The notes beneath the pieces were generated by a model. That model worked only from the letters and a program-made list of their open reading frames with translations, did not search any database and was not told where the DNA came from. A stretch of 64,000 nt of DNA, taken from NCBI GenBank assembly GCA_012519055.1, contig JAAYQU010000035.1:7535-71534 (forward strand), given 5' to 3'. A program made the position numbers and the translations under genes. Positions 39,963-48,864 of this stretch are shown one piece after another (the first letter of the stretch is position 1; the number at the start of each line of letters is the position of its first letter). The stretch comes from Bacteroidales bacterium. GTDB taxonomy: Bacteria; Bacteroidota; Bacteroidia; Bacteroidales; Salinivirgaceae.

Positions 39963-40411
39963 GAGCAGTTATACAAAGATGTCTTAGTGCATCAGTAACC
40001 GTTGAAAACCAGGTTGTTGGAAAAATTGATAAGGGTTTTTTAGTTTTATTGGGAATAGAACATTCCGACACTTTGGAAGATGCCGAGTGGTTAAGTTCAA
40101 AGATTGCACAACTCAGAGTATTTGATGATAAGGAGGGTTTAATGAATCTATCAATTCAAGACATAGGTGGTAATATTCTGTCAGTCAGTCAATTTACGCT
40201 ACATGCAAAAACAAAAAAAGGGAACAGACCCTCGTTTATTAATGCAGCTCCACCTGAGGTTTCAAAGCCATTGTATGAGAAATTTAACGAGCTACTTTCG
40301 CAAAAGATAGGTAAACCAATAGAGACAGGTATTTTCGGGGCGCATATGTTGATTTCGCTTGTTAACGATGGTCCGGTAACTATTTTTATTGATACAAAAA
40401 ACAAAGAATAA
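39959..40411 (+). CDS. dtd: D-aminoacyl-tRNA deacylase
   Basis: 150 aa with MRAVIQR..., SQFTL and GPVT motifs. An ATGA overlap joins it to tcdA. Confidence 0.92.
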   Translation: MRAVIQRCLSASVTVENQVVGKIDKGFLVLLGIEHSDTLEDAEWLSSKIAQLRVFDDKEGLMNLSIQDIGGNILSVSQFTLHAKTKKGNRPSFINAAPPEVSKPLYEKFNELLSQKIGKPIETGIFGAHMLISLVNDGPVTIFIDTKNKE

Positions 40412-40416
40412 GCTCT

Positions 40417-40473
40417 TAATCAATTAGCAATGTGCAATGAACAATGAACAATTACGAGTTACGAATTAATTGG
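40417..40473 (+). repeat. AATTAGCAATG/GAACAATT word repeat
   Basis: taatcaattagcaatgtgcaatgaacaatgaacaattacgagttacgaattaattgg, 6 nt after the dtd stop. A second short copy, taatcaattagcaatg, is at 40547-40570. Confidence 0.65.
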
Positions 40474-40485
40474 GGATTGTTTTAT

Positions 40486-40546
40486 CAATAGCCATGATTT
40501 TTAAGTCGTGGGTTAGGTTGACACACGTGCTTTGGGGCTTTAGCTC
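40486..40546 (+). repeat. degenerate copy of a two-hairpin module (caatagccaYgaYttttaagtcgtgg ... ttggggctttagc)
   Basis: Matches 44052-44113 word for word, with a few substitutions and similar spacing (20 vs 17 nt). Confidence 0.6.
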
Positions 40547-40601
40547 TAATCAATTAGCAATGCTGTGCACTTGGTCGCAGAGCGAAATTGAACTGCCAAT
40601 T

Positions 40602-42941
40602 TTAAAAATATAATCTAAACATACCCCCTGGCATAATACCCATTTGATAATCAGTCTTAATTGTTTGTGTTTCGGCATCATAAGATTGTTGCCAAATGTT
40701 TTTTCGGTTTGTGATATTTGTTAGCTCGAAGCCACATTCGTAGCTCATTTTTTTTAAATTCACACGATAAATAAGTTTAACGTTTGCCTTGAAAAAATCG
40801 GGGTTTTTATCTTTATAAGCATTATCGTAATCGTAAATTGTGTAACCTTCAATTTTTGACTCTTCAAGATCTATAGGAATATTACGTAACCCACCAGCAT
40901 AAACAATGTTCATATTTATCGCCAGCGTTTGCTGTTTCGGTAATTGAAACTCATAACCACCAAGCGCATTGAAAATAAAATTGCTATTATAAACCGTGCT
41001 TCGCCAAATATTATCAGATGACAAATATTTAGAATTAAACAACGATGTTGTTATCAAAAAATAGTAATTATTAGAAAAATATTTCTCCAATGTTAATTCA
41101 ATTCCGTAATTTCTTCCTTTCCCTTTATTAACTAAGCTGTCGTTTATAACTTCGTAAAAATCAGCACCATAGTTTATAACCGAATAATGCGATTCTCTCA
41201 TCTCTATCGGTATATTGAACAAATTTTGATAGTAAGCTTCTGTTTTCAGAATAAAATTTCTTGTAATATTTACATTATAACCCAACACAAAGTGGTGACT
41301 TTTAGAAAAATCCAAACCCGTATTGGTATGTTCGTATATTTGATTTGTAGAATTTGTTAATGTTTGGCAAAAATATACATTACCGGGCTGAGTTTGAGAA
41401 TGTAAGCCATAAGCGAAACTAAAGTTATTATCTTCGTTTGGCGAATATTTAATTGCTGCTCGCGGCTCTACTGACAGCGAACCGTTTAGTAGCAAATATT
41501 GACTAAATGTTCCCAATGACAACTCAAGTTTTTCGTGAAAACTGTGTTGAAACTGAGCGTTGAACTGCGCTAATCCGAAGTTTCCACTGTTTTTAGTCAT
41601 ATAAAAGTATCGGTTTTCAATTTTCGCGCTATCAGCAAAATTTATAAAAGAATGTATGTAAGAGGCTCCTACAATTATTCTGTTTCTGGGGTTAAAGCGA
41701 TACTTGTATTTAGTAGTTGCAATTAGCTTGTTTTCAGCATAATCGCCACCAAAGAAGTTAAAATCGTTACCACTTTTAAAAACGCTATCAACTGACATTA
41801 TAGATTTGTAGTTTGTAAAAGCAACCGATGTTTGCAAATTTGACTTTGAGTTGATGATGTTTTTCATTGTTAACCCTGCCACATTGGTTTGCGACCCCAT
41901 TAATGTTCTAAGATTTTTTGTAAAATTTAAAGTGTTTTTATCGGGTTCCAATTTCATTGAACAAAAACCACCTAAACCCCACAATGACAGAGAGGTTTTT
42001 CCAAATTTAAAGTCAGATTTGAATGTTAAATCCTGATATTTGGGTATAGCTGGTGTGTCGAAATTTATTCCAATTTTGCTGAAAAGTTCTAAAAAGGCGT
42101 AGCGGTAATTTATCATAAAACTGGAATTTTCCTTTTTGGAAAGAGGACCTTCGATACCCGCTTCCAAACCGCCTGTTCCCATTTGAAGTAAATATTCAAA
42201 CTTTTCGTTATTCCCTTTCCGCATTGATAAATCAAATGCACCTGCAGTGGCGTTCCCATATTGGGCAGGAAATGCGCCTGTTAAAAAATCGGAATTTGAT
42301 AGTTGATTATTATTTAGCATAGAAATGGCACCCCCGTTTGTTCCCATTGTGGCAAAATGGTTGGGACTAGGAATAGGAACCCCCTCGAGCATATATAACA
42401 ATCCAAGTGGCGAATTTCCCCTGATTATTATATCATTACGCGAATCACCTGCTGCCTGAACGCCTGCGAAGTAAGAAGCCATTTTTGCGGGGTCACCGCT
42501 TGTTCCTGCATATCGCTCTGTCTCTTTAACATCAAAAGAGCGTGAACTTACATAAGCCAACTCGTTGTTTACTTCTCCTCGTTTTTTTGCAGCAACTGTC
42601 ACTTCTGACAAGCTTTGAACAGCTTGCTCCATCTTTGCTTCAACTTCAAGTACTTTTCCACTTGCAAGTATCAAGTTATTAGAGAAATAGGGCTTGTAAC
42701 CTAAATAATTAATTTGTAGGCTAACTCTTCCAGCCTTAACCTTTTCAAAACTAAATTTCCCTTCGCTATCGGAAGTTGTATAAAATTTCAGCGTGTCAAC
42801 AGTAAGAGAGATTGTAGCAAACATTAACCTCTCATCTGTAAAAGCATCTTTAACTACACCTTTTACTTTATTTGTTAAATCCTGAGAATAAGAGATTAAA
42901 CATAGCAGAGTAAGGGCAGTTGTTGAAAAAAAAATTCTCAT
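40602..42941 (-). CDS. TonB-dependent outer-membrane receptor with N-terminal carboxypeptidase-regulatory-like domain
   Basis: 779 aa with a signal peptide, a CarbopepD_reg-like N-terminus (VKGVVKDAFT...SFEKVKAGRVSL), beta-barrel-type alternating sequence and a terminal ..FRLYF. Confidence 0.8.
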   Translation of the reverse strand: MRIFFSTTALTLLCLISYSQDLTNKVKGVVKDAFTDERLMFATISLTVDTLKFYTTSDSEGKFSFEKVKAGRVSLQINYLGYKPYFSNNLILASGKVLEVEAKMEQAVQSLSEVTVAAKKRGEVNNELAYVSSRSFDVKETERYAGTSGDPAKMASYFAGVQAAGDSRNDIIIRGNSPLGLLYMLEGVPIPSPNHFATMGTNGGAISMLNNNQLSNSDFLTGAFPAQYGNATAGAFDLSMRKGNNEKFEYLLQMGTGGLEAGIEGPLSKKENSSFMINYRYAFLELFSKIGINFDTPAIPKYQDLTFKSDFKFGKTSLSLWGLGGFCSMKLEPDKNTLNFTKNLRTLMGSQTNVAGLTMKNIINSKSNLQTSVAFTNYKSIMSVDSVFKSGNDFNFFGGDYAENKLIATTKYKYRFNPRNRIIVGASYIHSFINFADSAKIENRYFYMTKNSGNFGLAQFNAQFQHSFHEKLELSLGTFSQYLLLNGSLSVEPRAAIKYSPNEDNNFSFAYGLHSQTQPGNVYFCQTLTNSTNQIYEHTNTGLDFSKSHHFVLGYNVNITRNFILKTEAYYQNLFNIPIEMRESHYSVINYGADFYEVINDSLVNKGKGRNYGIELTLEKYFSNNYYFLITTSLFNSKYLSSDNIWRSTVYNSNFIFNALGGYEFQLPKQQTLAINMNIVYAGGLRNIPIDLEESKIEGYTIYDYDNAYKDKNPDFFKANVKLIYRVNLKKMSYECGFELTNITNRKNIWQQSYDAETQTIKTDYQMGIMPGGMFRLYF

Positions 42942-43172
42942 TGTTTCTGTTTTAATTAAAAAACTCTCTCATATGAATAGTTTTGCTAAAAAAAGAAATT
43001 TTTATGCTTACAAATTTATGGTAAATATTGGGCGGTAAAAGCTGTTTTCAGTTAAGAATTCGTAATCGAAGTTAAAAGCTAAAGGTTTGAAATTATAATT
43101 TCTGAAAAACATCGTTTTTGTTGCGAGTATCCTAATATTACTTACATATATTTGATTGTCAAAAATATAGTT

Positions 43173-43180
43173 TAACTTTG
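43173..43180 (+). promoter_or_regulatory. candidate -7 box TAACTTTG with TTTG (-33-like) at 43151-43154
   Basis: TTTG-N18-TAnnTTTG architecture 34 nt upstream of the pyrH ATG. Confidence 0.45.
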
Positions 43181-43213
43181 TAATTACGATTTTGAAACTA
43201 AAAAATTACAGAT

Positions 43214-43933
43214 ATGTTAAAATACCGTAGAATACTGCTAAAATTAAGCGGAGAGTCCTTGGCAGGAAAGAATCAACAAGGGATTAATACCGATGCGTTG
43301 ATGAACTATGCTAATCAGGTTAAAACAATTTCAGAGTTGGGAGTAGAGGTAGCCATTGTTATAGGTGGGGGGAATATTTTTCGTGGGTTACAAGGTGTTG
43401 GCAAGGGTTTCGATAGGGTAACAGGTGATCAAATGGGAATGTTGGCAACGGTTATCAACAGTTTGGCATTACAGTCAGGATTAAACTCTGTTGGCAAAAA
43501 ATGTTCGGTTTTTACATCAATTCGTATGGAGCCGATAGGGGAGTTTTATTCCAAAAGAAAAGCAATTGATGCCTTGCAAAACGGAAACGTCGTTATTGTT
43601 GCCGGAGGAACTGGGAATCCATATTTTACCACCGACACCGCTTCGGCACTCAGAGCTATCGAACTTGAAGTTGACGGATACTTTAAAGCTACCCGCGTTG
43701 ATGGTGTTTATAATGCTGACCCCGAAAAACATCCTGATGCAACTAAGTATGATACAATAACATATCAAGATGCAATTAAACAAAACCTTAAGATAATGGA
43801 CATGACCGCATTTGCTCTTTGTAGCGAAAACAACATGCCTATTATTGTTTTTAATGGCGATAATCCTGAAAATATATTACGAATTATACGCGGCGAAAAG
43901 GTTGGAACGATTGTGAAACGGGGTTTCAATTAG
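43214..43933 (+). CDS. pyrH: UMP kinase
   Basis: 239 aa with RILLKLSGE, VIGGGNIFRG and TTDTAAALRA-like motifs. Confidence 0.95.
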   Translation: MLKYRRILLKLSGESLAGKNQQGINTDALMNYANQVKTISELGVEVAIVIGGGNIFRGLQGVGKGFDRVTGDQMGMLATVINSLALQSGLNSVGKKCSVFTSIRMEPIGEFYSKRKAIDALQNGNVVIVAGGTGNPYFTTDTASALRAIELEVDGYFKATRVDGVYNADPEKHPDATKYDTITYQDAIKQNLKIMDMTAFALCSENNMPIIVFNGDNPENILRIIRGEKVGTIVKRGFN

Positions 43934-43939
43934 CAAATT

Positions 43940-43977
43940 GAACACAGACGACGCGGATTAAACGGATAATCACAGAT
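43940..43977 (+). repeat. 38-nt GAACACAGA..GGATTAAAC..ATCACAGAT unit
   Basis: gaacacagacgacgcggattaaacggataatcacagat, 6 nt after the pyrH stop. Confidence 0.65.
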
Positions 43978-44051
43978 TTGTTGTAGTGGAGACCTTTGTT
44001 GTTGTCAGAACAATAATGAATAATTAGCAGGTAATTAGTTGATTATCGGCT

Positions 44052-44113
44052 CAATAGCCACGACTTTTAAGTCGTGGAAAGGAATGATGTATAATTTTGG
44101 GCTTTAGCCCAAA
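44052..44113 (+). repeat. two-hairpin module (CCACGAC..GTCGTGG and TTTGGGC..GCCCAAA)
   Basis: caatagccacgacttttaagtcgtgg then ttttgggctttagcccaaa. A further hairpin CCGTGCC ttaaaa GGCACGG is at 44183-44202. Confidence 0.65.
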
Positions 44114-44294
44114 TTTACTCTATCTTTGGTTTTGAAATTTTAATAGATTTCGGTTAAAGCCTTTTTATTTTTATACTATTTTCCGTGCCTTAAAAGGCAC
44201 GGCTATTGATATTTTTATTTAGGTAAAATGTTGTAGTGAGCTGATTATCAGTTTTAACGCATTTAAAAAAGTGAAACAAGTCGGGAGAATAATA

Positions 44295-44993
44295 TTAGTT
44301 AATATCTATTGCTCCTTTTCTAACGTTGCTGTGTAGCTCTGCAATTGCTCGTTGGTGGAAGAATGGATACAGATTACGATCACGAAATTTTGAACCACTT
44401 TGATAATATGTTGTGTGTATTATTTCTGTTTCAGTGTTTGATTTAGCAATAAATTGCAACAACTGTTTCCCTTCCGATTTCCCGCCACGCAAATATGTAA
44501 ACTCGATTATCTTCTGCTTCGGATCTATTTTGGTAACTTTCAGGGCAGTAGGGAGATTAAAGAGCCCTTTTAAGAGCCGTAAGTTTATAAAGTATATCTG
44601 ATTGGTATTCAGGCTGTTTTTGTTCAGATCAGAAGGGAAATATAGCTCGTCGTCATTGTTGTCGTAAATAAATGATAATGATAAGATTTTTCCTCTCCAT
44701 ATATCTTTAGGATTTGATGCTGACGCGCATTCCCACACCTTCTCTATTGGAGAATCGAAATAAAATTTACCTATATGAATACAATAACTGTCTAATGATG
44801 CAGTGTCACACAGAGACGCTTTAAGTTCACTGAATAAAGAAATCCCCTGTTTTTTGTATCCTTTGACATATTTGCGCGTTTTTTTAGTGCATTTATTTGT
44901 CTTAGAAATATCTGAAAGTTGGGTCTGTGCCGACAGGTTTGTCGATACTGTCCAAAGAACAAGGATAATAAAAATCTGAAAAAAAATACGCAT
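44295..44993 (-). CDS. hypothetical secreted protein
   Basis: 232 aa with a signal peptide (..NLSAQ). No motif recognised. Confidence 0.5.
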   Translation of the reverse strand: MRIFFQIFIILVLWTVSTNLSAQTQLSDISKTNKCTKKTRKYVKGYKKQGISLFSELKASLCDTASLDSYCIHIGKFYFDSPIEKVWECASASNPKDIWRGKILSLSFIYDNNDDELYFPSDLNKNSLNTNQIYFINLRLLKGLFNLPTALKVTKIDPKQKIIEFTYLRGGKSEGKQLLQFIAKSNTETEIIHTTYYQSGSKFRDRNLYPFFHQRAIAELHSNVRKGAIDIN

Positions 44994-45121
44994 TCCCTAA
45001 AAATAAGCACGCAAGATAGCGGTTTTTTAGGAAACGGGAGACTCTTTCACAAAAAATCTGAAGGGGCTAGAATCTATCTCTGTGTTACCAAATAAATACT
45101 GGCTATTGGCAGACAAGTTTT

Positions 45122-45868
45122 TTATTCACGTTTAGCAAAGTAATATCTCAACCCTATTTGATATAGAATAGCGTTTGATACACTTCTAGTAGCATGTACC
45201 GTTTCTGTTTCTGTGTAATGAGTAATTGTTTCGTAATATGTTGGATTAAAGCTTGCTATATAGATGCACTTCAAGTAAATATCTGCTTTCTTTTTAAAAC
45301 GATAACCAAATGAAATGGCAGGTTCGATACTGAAATTAACTTTTGATGAAACATAGCCATCAATTCTCGTGGAATCCGAACCAGACGGAACAAAATAATT
45401 ACTTCCTGGAAAAGGTGTAATGTTTTCGCCCGCACCCTTTATTAGCGGATTTTCAGAGTAATCACGCGAAATAGTAACGTTAAAACCTATCTCAGGCTTT
45501 ATAAATAATTTTTCCTGAACCATTAGAAATTCCTTTCCAAAGCGTAGTGGAATCAGCCAGCTCTCTTGTCCACTTGTAAAAGAGAGAGTTTTCTCAGTTG
45601 AAAAGTTGCTGTAGTCATATTTGTTCAATGGTATCGAGGAAAACAATCCATAAAATCCTGTTTCAATAGTATATGTGTCATATTTGAATCCAAAATAGCC
45701 TCCCAAAATTTCGCCAATAGAAGATTGGGAAAATATTTTAGCTTTGCTGTTTACATAGTCATATCTTTCGGAGAAGAACCCATTTTCATAACCAAGGTAA
45801 AATCCGTTTTGAGCTATACCTGTTATTGAAAGAAGAACTGTCGTTGCAATTAAAAGAAATTTTTTCAT
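45122..45868 (-). CDS. outer-membrane beta-barrel (porin-family) protein
   Basis: The start at the ATG 45868 gives MKKFLLIATTVLLSITGIAQ as signal peptide. It has alternating aromatic beta-strand patterns and a C-terminal ..GLRYYF. The longer ORF to 46015 is rejected. Confidence 0.65.
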   Translation of the reverse strand: MKKFLLIATTVLLSITGIAQNGFYLGYENGFFSERYDYVNSKAKIFSQSSIGEILGGYFGFKYDTYTIETGFYGLFSSIPLNKYDYSNFSTEKTLSFTSGQESWLIPLRFGKEFLMVQEKLFIKPEIGFNVTISRDYSENPLIKGAGENITPFPGSNYFVPSGSDSTRIDGYVSSKVNFSIEPAISFGYRFKKKADIYLKCIYIASFNPTYYETITHYTETETVHATRSVSNAILYQIGLRYYFAKRE

Positions 45869-45979
45869 GTCTGTTTTTCTTAAGTTTATTTTTTTTAATA
45901 AACTCATTTTACATTGAAAAATTGTTTTGTCTGTTAACTTTGATAGGTATAGAGAGATTTTCAGATGCCCCATTTTTCG

Positions 45980-45987
45980 TATCTTTG
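45980..45987 (+). promoter_or_regulatory. candidate -7 box TATCTTTG for the umuD-like gene
   Basis: TAnnTTTG match 19 nt upstream of the ATG at 46007. It is flanked by the short inverted repeat TTTTCG (45975-45980) / CGAAAA (46002-46007). Confidence 0.4.
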
Positions 45988-46006
45988 CATAAAAGTATTC
46001 TCGAAA

Positions 46007-46471
46007 ATGCAACAACCGAAAAACGATAATTCAGTTGAAATATTCCATCCTACGGGCGAAAATTCATCTCAAGAGTTTCCCTTTGCGGGAGCAATTCCGG
46101 CGGGATTTCCCTCTCCGGCTGCAGATTTTTCTTTCGAGCAGTTGGATATTTTGGGCAGGTATCTGAAAAATAGTGAAGCTATATTTATTGGCAGGGCTTA
46201 CGGCATTTCAATGGATACGTTTATAAGCGACGGCGACTACTTCTATATGGACAGGTCTTTGCGCTCGGAACCCAAAGATGGCGACATTGCAGTATGCGCT
46301 ATTGACAATGAATTTACCCTGAAAAGGATTAAGTTTTCCAAACAGGGAATTGACCTGCTACCCTATAACGAAGATTTTCCAGTTATTCACGTTTCTAGAA
46401 ACGATGATTTTACAATTTGGGCTATTGTTGTACTAATTATAAGACCAACTCCTACCAGATGTTTGCGTTAA
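46007..46471 (+). CDS. umuD: S24 peptidase, UmuD-like (LexA family without DNA-binding domain)
   Basis: About 154 aa from the ATG at 46007. It has Ser (GISM) and Lys (TLKR) catalytic-dyad contexts and no N-terminal wHTH. It overlaps the next gene by 13 nt. Confidence 0.8.
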   Translation: MQQPKNDNSVEIFHPTGENSSQEFPFAGAIPAGFPSPAADFSFEQLDILGRYLKNSEAIFIGRAYGISMDTFISDGDYFYMDRSLRSEPKDGDIAVCAIDNEFTLKRIKFSKQGIDLLPYNEDFPVIHVSRNDDFTIWAIVVLIIRPTPTRCLR

Positions 46472-47715
46472 TTGACTGTAATAACTTTTATGCTTCCTGC
46501 GAACGGAACTTCGATCCTAAGCTTGTTGGAAAGCCTATTGTTGTTTTGAGCAACAACGATGGATGTGTTATTGCCCGTTCAGAAGAATCAAAGCGGTTAG
46601 GCATACCAATGGGAGCACCTGCCTTTCAGTGTCAGGAAATATTTGACAAACATGGTGTAGAGATATTTTCTGCAAATTTTCCGCTGTATGGCGATATGAG
46701 TAGGCGAGTGATGAACATACTTTCAAAATACAGCCCCGTACAGGAGATTTATTCAATAGACGAATGTTTTTTGGATTTGAACGGTATAGATGAAGACCTC
46801 TCTCAATATGGATTAAAAATGAAAAAGCAGGTCGATCTTTTTACTGGATTGCCAATATCGGTGGGTATTGCTCCAACAAAAACATTGGCTAAAGTGGCAA
46901 ACAGGATTGCTAAGAAATATCCCAAACAAACCGGAGGAGTCCACGTGATAGACAGCGATGAGTTGCGCCTGAAAGCCCTAAAATGGTTAGATGTTGGTGA
47001 TGTGTGGGGTATAGGAAGGCGTAGTGTGGCAAAATTAAATAAAATAGGGGTTTATAAAGCCGCCGATTTTGTTAAGCTACCTGAAAGTTGGGTGTTAAAT
47101 AATATGACCGTAGTAGGGTTAAATTTGCAAATGGAGTTGAAAGGCTTGCCTGCTATAGAAATGGAGCGCGAGGAGAAACATAAAAGCATTTCTACAACCC
47201 GCACTTTTGAAACAGAATATCAAACCTTTGATCAACTAAAGGAACGGATAGTTACCTTTACAACACTGTGTGCCAATAAATTGCGCCGTCAAAATTCGCT
47301 TTGCAAACGTATGTCGCTTTTTATTAAAACCAATATTCATAAAGAGACAAGAACACAATATTCCAAGTCGATAGATATAAAGCTTCCTTTCCCCACATCA
47401 TCGACCTTGGAGTTAATTGAGTTTGCAGTCGAGGGGCTTACTTCAATTTTCAAAGAAAACCTGCATTACAAGAGGGCAGGAGTAACGTTATCGGATTTTG
47501 TGGATGCTGACCAACATCAATTATCGCTATTTTTTAATTCAAACCCGAAGCACGAAAAGTTAATGCAAGCGGTAGATGAGATAAATCAAAAATACCATAG
47601 GAATCTTATCCGAGTTGCCACTACAGATACACAAACATTTAAAATGAAGCAAGCACGTCTATCTCCCTGTTACACAACGAATATAGATGATGTAATTAAA
47701 GTAAAGATTGGATAG
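46459..47715 (+). CDS. umuC: Y-family DNA polymerase (UmuC-like, Pol V catalytic subunit type)
   Basis: MFALIDCNNFYASCE N-terminus, SIDECFLD and LPISVGIAPTKTLAK motifs. The ATG at 46459 is preferred. Confidence 0.88.
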   Translation: MFALIDCNNFYASCERNFDPKLVGKPIVVLSNNDGCVIARSEESKRLGIPMGAPAFQCQEIFDKHGVEIFSANFPLYGDMSRRVMNILSKYSPVQEIYSIDECFLDLNGIDEDLSQYGLKMKKQVDLFTGLPISVGIAPTKTLAKVANRIAKKYPKQTGGVHVIDSDELRLKALKWLDVGDVWGIGRRSVAKLNKIGVYKAADFVKLPESWVLNNMTVVGLNLQMELKGLPAIEMEREEKHKSISTTRTFETEYQTFDQLKERIVTFTTLCANKLRRQNSLCKRMSLFIKTNIHKETRTQYSKSIDIKLPFPTSSTLELIEFAVEGLTSIFKENLHYKRAGVTLSDFVDADQHQLSLFFNSNPKHEKLMQAVDEINQKYHRNLIRVATTDTQTFKMKQARLSPCYTTNIDDVIKVKIG

Positions 47716-47720
47716 GCTTC

Positions 47721-47783
47721 AGCAATTATCTATTAGCAATGAACAATTACTAATGAGTAATTGGAACACAGAACACACAAGAT
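47721..47783 (+). repeat. AATTAGCAATGAACAATT word followed by a partial GAACACAGA unit
   Basis: agcaattatctattagcaatgaacaattactaatgagtaattgg then aacacagaacacacaagat, 6 nt after the umuC stop. Confidence 0.6.
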
Positions 47784-47904
47784 ATTAAAACCTATAACCG
47801 CTCATAACAACGTGCATTTGGCGCGAGCAGAGGTCGAGAACAATTTTTACGTCATAATTTTACATATGTGAACGTTGTTATATTTATTGAATAAAATTTT
47901 GTTG

Positions 47905-47912
47905 TACATTTG
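47905..47912 (+). promoter_or_regulatory. candidate -7 box TACATTTG
   Basis: TAnnTTTG match 19 nt upstream of the ATG at 47931. Confidence 0.4.
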
Positions 47913-47930
47913 TATCTCAAAATTTTTAAA

Positions 47931-48845
47931 ATGTCAATAGAAGTAAAAAACGTAACAAAACTGTATGGCAAACAAAAAGCCTTGGATGATGTTTCTTTTA
48001 GCATTAATACAGGCGAAATAGTTGGTTTTATTGGTCCTAATGGTGCAGGAAAATCAACAATGATGAAGATTTTGACGGGGATAATACCTCAAACCTCTGG
48101 CGAAGCCTACATTAACAACATAAATGTTATTGAGAATAGCATGGCTATACGGGAAAAAATTGGATATCTGCCTGAAAATAATCCTCAATATGAAGATATG
48201 TATGTGGTTGAGTATCTGGAGTTTCTGGCAGGCATTTATTCTATTAAGAATTATAAGGAACGTATCAATGCAATTATCGAACAAATAGGATTGACGGTTG
48301 AGAAGCATAAAAAAATAGGACAATTGTCAAAGGGATACAGACAAAGGGTAGGGTTGGCACAGGCACTACTTCATGAACCTGAAGTATTGATACTAGACGA
48401 GCCGACAAGTGGATTAGACCCAAATCAGATTGTGGAGATACGTAATTTGATCTCATCGGTTGGGAAAAATAAAACTGTTATGCTTTCAACGCATATAATG
48501 CAAGAGGTTGAGGCTATTTGCGATAGAATTATAATTATCCACCGCGGAAAAATTGTCGCCAATGATACTACACAAAACATTAAACGACAATTGGCAGATG
48601 ATAATCAGAAGGTTATCGTACAATTCGATAAAGAAGTTAATGTTGACGATATAAAAAAATATCTGAAAGCTGATTCCGTGAAAATCACAAAAGAGAAGCA
48701 AATAGAGATAACTGCGAAAAAAAATATCGACATTCAAACATCGATAATGAATTTTGCAAATTCAAATCAACTGACAATTGTACAATTAACTCAATATCAA
48801 CGTACATTAGAAGAAATTTTTCAAGAACTAACAACTAATAATTAA
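47931..48845 (+). CDS. gldA: ABC transporter ATP-binding protein, GldA-like (gliding-motility-associated)
   Basis: MSIEVKNVTKLYG.., Walker A GPNGAGKST, signature LSKGYRQR and Walker B LILDEP. Length of about 304 aa and the N-terminus resemble Flavobacterium GldA as I recall it. Confidence 0.6.
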   Translation: MSIEVKNVTKLYGKQKALDDVSFSINTGEIVGFIGPNGAGKSTMMKILTGIIPQTSGEAYINNINVIENSMAIREKIGYLPENNPQYEDMYVVEYLEFLAGIYSIKNYKERINAIIEQIGLTVEKHKKIGQLSKGYRQRVGLAQALLHEPEVLILDEPTSGLDPNQIVEIRNLISSVGKNKTVMLSTHIMQEVEAICDRIIIIHRGKIVANDTTQNIKRQLADDNQKVIVQFDKEVNVDDIKKYLKADSVKITKEKQIEITAKKNIDIQTSIMNFANSNQLTIVQLTQYQRTLEEIFQELTTNN

Positions 48846-48864
48846 TAATTAAAAAAATAATAAA

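Noticed and set aside
45868-46015. N-terminal extension of the porin-like ORF (to 46015), and the extensions of umuD (from 45965) and umuC (from 46417).
   Set aside because: The extensions would overlap the divergent promoter or the neighbouring genes, and they encode no signal peptide or family motif. Internal ATGs give canonical N-termini: MKKFLL.. (signal peptide), MQQPK.. and MFALIDCNNFYASCE.
48846-48864. A SAM riboswitch upstream of metK.
   Set aside because: Only 19 nt separate metK from the preceding gene, which is too short for any riboswitch aptamer.
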